Source: Bdellovibrionales bacterium (GTDB lineage: Bacteria > Bdellovibrionota > Bdellovibrionia > Bdellovibrionales > UBA1609). From it: a stretch of 64,000 nt of DNA. The notes below the pieces were generated by a model. The model ran no database searches. It was given only the letters and a program-made list of their open reading frames with translations, and had not been told where the DNA came from. A program made the translations under genes and the position numbers. Location of the stretch: the NCBI GenBank assembly GCA_041690295.1, contig JAWLHR010000001.1, positions 160,001-224,000 of the forward strand, read 5' to 3'. This document shows, piece after piece, positions 60,028-64,000 of the stretch. The first letter of the stretch is position 1. Every line of letters starts with the position of its first letter.

Positions 60028-60064
60028 CGCAATGTCCAAAGGGCGCCCTTTGGACATTGCGTAA
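60028..60064. repeat. Perfect 34-bp palindrome (60028-60061) overlapping the right copy of the 24-bp direct repeat (60041-60064)
   Basis: CGCAATGTCCAAAGGGC|GCCCTTTGGACATTGCG with no spacer and no mismatch. Confidence 0.95.
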
Positions 60065-60168
60065 TTCACACTAAAGTGTTCGCCCAAAAATTTCGCGCGA
60101 CAGCCTTGAACAGAGCCAATCGCTCCTTCGTCCATAGATACTCACTCATTTCTGCTCGGATTCCTCTC

Positions 60169-60969
60169 CTACAACTCAAATGCCATCTGCGCGGGAGTGC
60201 AATGATCCTCCGACGTTGAAGCTTCTTCCGCCGCCATGAACATGCGGCCGATTTCGGTTTCATGCTCCTTCAACCACTGGCGATGCCGCTTGTAATCCGG
60301 ATCAAATCGCGCCACCAACCGCCAAAACCCCGGTCCGTGATTGCGATGGGGGATGTGAGACAATTCATGAACAATCACGTAATCAATCACATCCGCGGGG
60401 CAGGCCATTAACTTCCAGTTCAAACTGATCGCACCTTCACCCGAACAACTGCCCCATAACGTCCGCTGCCCGCGAATCGTCAAACGCGTCGGCGTCAAAC
60501 CCATCAAACCGGCGAAAAACGACAAGCGTGAACCCAACCATTTCCGCGCCTCCGATCGATAACACTCGATCAACGCATTCAGCCGATCCTCTCCCGAACA
60601 CCCAACCGGAGCCAGGATTTCGATGACCTCATCACAAAACTTCGCGCGCGCCCGACGATGCCAGCTCCAAATCAGGTCCAGACGCAAGCGGCGGCCTAAA
60701 AATAAAAACTCTTCACCCGAGACGAACTTCCGCAACGGATACCGCCGGTTGATCTCCGCCAATTCCGACCGCCGCCGATCAATGAACCGGCCGCAGGAAT
60801 CGACAAATGAAAGAATCTCCGCGCTCGTTCGGCGCAGGTTACAGGTTACGCGGATGCGCCCGTTCGGTTGGACAGTCAAATGCATATGGCGCTGGCGCGG
60901 ACGCCGATGGACGTCAATCCAGTCCTCGCCATATTTGACCACTTCCGCCCTCGTCGTTGCGCGTTTCAT
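60169..60969 (-). CDS. YgjP/DUF45 (M48/SprT-like) zinc metallohydrolase
   Basis: WGSCS, LNWKL, DYVIVHELSH, NH..FW. Confidence 0.9.
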   Translation of the reverse strand: MKRATTRAEVVKYGEDWIDVHRRPRQRHMHLTVQPNGRIRVTCNLRRTSAEILSFVDSCGRFIDRRRSELAEINRRYPLRKFVSGEEFLFLGRRLRLDLIWSWHRRARAKFCDEVIEILAPVGCSGEDRLNALIECYRSEARKWLGSRLSFFAGLMGLTPTRLTIRGQRTLWGSCSGEGAISLNWKLMACPADVIDYVIVHELSHIPHRNHGPGFWRLVARFDPDYKRHRQWLKEHETEIGRMFMAAEEASTSEDHCTPAQMAFEL

Positions 60970-61073
60970 TGTTGCTGTCCCGTTCCCTCAATCCTTCAAG
61001 TCTCAAAAAGGATGTCCCGCCGCGCAGCGGACTTCCATCGCCATCTTGAGTCCACTGTGCTAAAGCAGTGCCG

Positions 61074-62045
61074 ATGGCGCAAGCGACTTCTTTTTATCAA
61101 CTGACTCCGGATTTCGTACTCAGCGCGGTGGAAAAATCCGGCTGGCGACTCACCGGCGAATTCATTCAACTCAATTCCTATGAAAACCGGGTGTATGCAC
61201 TCCGCACCGAAGATGAAAAGCGCACGCAGATCATCGCCAAGTTTTATCGCCCGGGCCGATGGACGGAAGCCGCCATTCGCGAAGAACATGAGTTCCTTCT
61301 CGAACTTGACGCCAACGGTGTCAGCGCCGTTCCCCCGCTCAGACAAAAAAACGGTGATACGCTTTCTCTGCATAATGGCATCTGGTGCGCTGTCTTCCCC
61401 AAAGCCAAAGGCCGCATGCCCCAGGAGTTTCATCTCGATGAACTCACCCAATTGGGACGCGTCCTCGCGCGCCTGCATAACGTCGGCGCCTTGAAGCCAT
61501 CCCATCACCGCCCGATCATCGACGGCGAACACATGGGAAGAAGCGCGCTCAATGTGATTCGGGATCTCCTCCCTCACAGCCTTAAAGAGCGATATCTACA
61601 AACCGCCGAGCGTCTCCTCACTATTCTCGATGAGCAACTCGATCCCTCACGCTTTAAACGAATTCACGGCGACTGCCATCGCGGAAACGTGCTGCAAACC
61701 GATGAACCGGGTAAACCCAAAGAATTTTTCCTGATCGACTTCGACGATTTCGGCATGGGCCCCGTCGCCCAGGATCTGTGGATGCTTTTCCGACACGACG
61801 AAGAAGACGTGGACGATGAAATCGACGCCTTCCTCACTGGCTATACGGAATTACGCGATTTCGATACAGCGGAACTCAACCTTATGACCCCGCTGCGAGG
61901 CTTGCGTATATTGCATTACGCGGCATGGATCGCCCGTCGATGGGAAGATCCCAGTTTTCCCCAGCTCTTTCCACATTTCGGCACCGACAAATACTGGTTC
62001 GAAGAACTGAGGGCCCTTGAAGACGTCGTGCAACGCGCTGAGTGA
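61074..62045 (+). CDS. srkA: Stress-response Ser/Thr kinase (SrkA/RdoA/YihE)
   Basis: LNSYENRVY, KFYRPGRW, HGDCHRGN, DFDD, QDLWM, RRWEDPSFP. Confidence 0.92.
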   Translation: MAQATSFYQLTPDFVLSAVEKSGWRLTGEFIQLNSYENRVYALRTEDEKRTQIIAKFYRPGRWTEAAIREEHEFLLELDANGVSAVPPLRQKNGDTLSLHNGIWCAVFPKAKGRMPQEFHLDELTQLGRVLARLHNVGALKPSHHRPIIDGEHMGRSALNVIRDLLPHSLKERYLQTAERLLTILDEQLDPSRFKRIHGDCHRGNVLQTDEPGKPKEFFLIDFDDFGMGPVAQDLWMLFRHDEEDVDDEIDAFLTGYTELRDFDTAELNLMTPLRGLRILHYAAWIARRWEDPSFPQLFPHFGTDKYWFEELRALEDVVQRAE

Positions 62046-62092
62046 GTAGGAGAGGCGCCTTGACTAGGGGCGCCGTATTCGACACAACTGAT

Positions 62093-62193
62093 GCTGGCCG
62101 GGTCCCATACAATAGCGGATCTTGTGAACCCCGCCAGGTCCGGAAGGAAGCAACGGTAACAAGAGCCCTATGTGATATGGACCGCCCGGCCGC
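62093..62193 (+). ncRNA. ffs: Signal recognition particle RNA (small bacterial type)
   Basis: Helix-8 core CAGGTCCGGAAGGAAGCAAC, closing stem GGCCGGG/CCCGGCC, T6 tract after it, TTGACT at 62060-65, canonical position before dnaX. Confidence 0.93.
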
Positions 62194-62229
62194 TTTTTTC
62201 AATCGGCCAGTTAAGGAGTGTGGCTTCAA

Positions 62230-63816
62230 GTGTCCTACGAAGTGATCGCCCGCCGATGGCGCCCACAAGATTTCACCGGCTTAATCGGCCAGGATCACAT
62301 TCGCACGACGTTGGTGAATGCCCTCAAAAATAATCGCCTACACCACGCCTTGCTCTTTACCGGACCGCGCGGAACCGGCAAAACTTCAACGGCCCGGATA
62401 TTGGCGAAAATTCTCCGCTGCCCGAACAAGAAAGACTACGTTCCCTGTAACACCTGTTCCGATTGCCTCGAGATCACCAGCGGCCGTTCGGTGGATGTGG
62501 TCGAGATCGATGGCGCTTCCAACAACGGCGTCGATGCGATCCGCGAACTGCGGGACACGGTCGGTTATCTGCCTTCCAGCGGCCAAATTAAAATGTACAT
62601 CATCGATGAAGTGCACATGCTCTCGACCAGCGCCTTCAATGCGCTCTTAAAGACGCTTGAAGAACCGCCGGCCCATGTCTACTTCGTCATGGCCACGACC
62701 GAAGTTCACAAAATCCCGGCCACGATTTTATCCCGCTGCCAGCGGTTTGATTTTCGCCGCATTCCCACTCGCGTGATCGCGCAACATCTGCAAACCATTT
62801 GCGAGCGTGACGGCGTGAAATTCGAACCGGACGCCCTTTGGACCATCGCCCGTCAAGGCGACGGTTCCATGCGGGATTCCCAATCACTGCTCGATCAAGT
62901 CATTAATTTCACCGCCGGTGATTTGCGGCGGGACCTCGTGATCTCCACTTTGGGGCTCACCGACCGCGGTCTGTTGCAGGAGATGCTGGCCGCCATCATG
63001 GCCGGTGACATCCAGAGTCTCGTTCCCAAACTCAAGGATCTGCACACGAGCGGCGGAGATCCCAAATTATTTTTGCTCGAAGTGATGGAGCAGATCCGCA
63101 ACGCTTTGGTCCTCAAGCTGCGTGAGGATCGCTCACTGGTTGATCTCCCCGACAGCGAAATCGAAGCCCTTGTCAAAATGGCGGCTCCGCTTTCGCAAGA
63201 GGATCTGCATTGGCTTTTCGATATGGCCCTTAAGGGCGCGCAAGATCTGGCCCGCGCCTCCGATCCGATTCTGGTGCTGGAAATGGTTCTTATGCGCATG
63301 ACGACCGCGCCAAGAGTGAGTTTCGCGACGAGAACCGCAGCGGCGGGCCACACGCCTTCACCGAAGATGCCGCAAAGGAAAAGCGCGACGCCCATTGAGA
63401 CCGCGCCGACACCCGGCACGCCCGCCCACCGCTTTAAGGAGCTGGTGGAAAAAATCAAAGAGGTGAACGGTCTGATCGGCGCGCAACTTGAAAACTGCTT
63501 CGTGGCCGGCTTTGAAAACAAAACCATCAATTTGGGCGTGGCCAGCAAACATAAATTTCTTTTTGAAAAACTGAATCAGCCGGAATTCAAAAAGAAAGTG
63601 CTCAACTACATGAACAGTTTCTGGGGACCGGGACACTCGTTGACGATCACCATGACCGATCCCGACAACGACAAGGCGGCGAGCCCGAAAGCGCTCGCGC
63701 AAAAAGCCGAAGAAGAAAAAAGAGAATCCACCCGACGACAAGTTGAATCGCATCCTCTGGTGCGAACCACGAAAAAAGTTTTTAAAACGGAAATCAAATC
63801 CATCACTGATCTTTAA
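62230..63816 (+). CDS. dnaX: DNA polymerase III subunit gamma/tau
   Basis: ARRWRPQ, GPRGTGKT, Zn Cys cluster, IIDEVHML, SRC, GSMRD; GTG 62230 after AAGGAG. Confidence 0.97.
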   Translation: MSYEVIARRWRPQDFTGLIGQDHIRTTLVNALKNNRLHHALLFTGPRGTGKTSTARILAKILRCPNKKDYVPCNTCSDCLEITSGRSVDVVEIDGASNNGVDAIRELRDTVGYLPSSGQIKMYIIDEVHMLSTSAFNALLKTLEEPPAHVYFVMATTEVHKIPATILSRCQRFDFRRIPTRVIAQHLQTICERDGVKFEPDALWTIARQGDGSMRDSQSLLDQVINFTAGDLRRDLVISTLGLTDRGLLQEMLAAIMAGDIQSLVPKLKDLHTSGGDPKLFLLEVMEQIRNALVLKLREDRSLVDLPDSEIEALVKMAAPLSQEDLHWLFDMALKGAQDLARASDPILVLEMVLMRMTTAPRVSFATRTAAAGHTPSPKMPQRKSATPIETAPTPGTPAHRFKELVEKIKEVNGLIGAQLENCFVAGFENKTINLGVASKHKFLFEKLNQPEFKKKVLNYMNSFWGPGHSLTITMTDPDNDKAASPKALAQKAEEEKRESTRRQVESHPLVRTTKKVFKTEIKSITDL

Positions 63817-63828
63817 GAGGAGTAGAAC

Positions 63829-64000
63829 ATGAAAGGATTCGGCGGCGGCGGAATGCAGGCACTGATGAGACAAGCCAACCAGATGCAGAACCGGATGAAA
63901 AAACTGCAGGAAGAGCTGGCGCAAAAGGAATTCGAAGGCACCTCGGGCGGTGGCGCGGTGAAAGTCACCATGATGGGCAACTACCAAGTGAAAAACGTGG
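63829..64000 (+). CDS. ybaB: YbaB/EbfC nucleoid-associated protein (5' part, runs off the window)
   Basis: MKGFGGGGMQALMRQANQMQNRMKKLQEELAQKEFEGTSGGGAVKV; SD GAGGAG; follows dnaX. Confidence 0.93.
   Translation, partial: MKGFGGGGMQALMRQANQMQNRMKKLQEELAQKEFEGTSGGGAVKVTMMGNYQVKNV

Noticed and set aside
62042..62245. 67-aa ORF between srkA and dnaX
   Set aside because: It coincides with the SRP RNA gene
62230..63816. Programmed -1 frameshift in dnaX
   Set aside because: No in-frame A_AAA_AAG heptamer (the closest is TTC AAA AAG) and no long poly-A run seen
1..64000. CRISPR array, tRNA, rRNA, retron/DGR, prophage or IS
   Set aside because: No regularly spaced repeats, cloverleafs, reverse transcriptase, transposase, integrase or phage structural genes were recognised

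Overview
A gene-dense bacterial chromosomal segment of moderate GC. The gene complement and protein styles suggest a Bdellovibrionota/Oligoflexia-type organism (inference only). Housekeeping content: trxB, trmB, ggt, ptrB, leuS, speA plus a deoxyhypusine-synthase-like gene, a Yej/Opp peptide ABC system, dksA, xth, a peroxiredoxin, hldD, Phe/Tyr catabolism (phhA-like, hppD, hmgA), ribD, a six-gene pantothenate/CoA operon, srkA and the conserved ffs(SRP RNA)-dnaX-ybaB block. No CRISPR array, rRNA, tRNA, transposase, integrase or reverse transcriptase was seen. The best candidates for undescribed biology are: (1) a ~1.6 kb HNH-nuclease module bounded by a 24-bp direct repeat whose right copy is half of a perfect 34-bp palindrome, with a long hairpin behind the nuclease gene; (2) a PP2C / RsbW-like / STAS / CheW-less CheA-like / CheY / REC-J-domain-TPR signalling cluster with sigma28-like promoters; (3) a peroxiredoxin - circularly permuted ATP-grasp - divergent SelO-like AMPylase cluster; (4) a secreted methyltransferase-like protein and a Cys-rich LAS/M15-type peptidase behind a sigma54-type promoter; (5) a Fur-box iron operon with imelysin and sterol desaturase; (6) a YgjP-type zincin ending in a clamp-binding-like motif; (7) recurrent apparently leaderless genes. 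All family calls come from motif recognition by eye; no database search was run.
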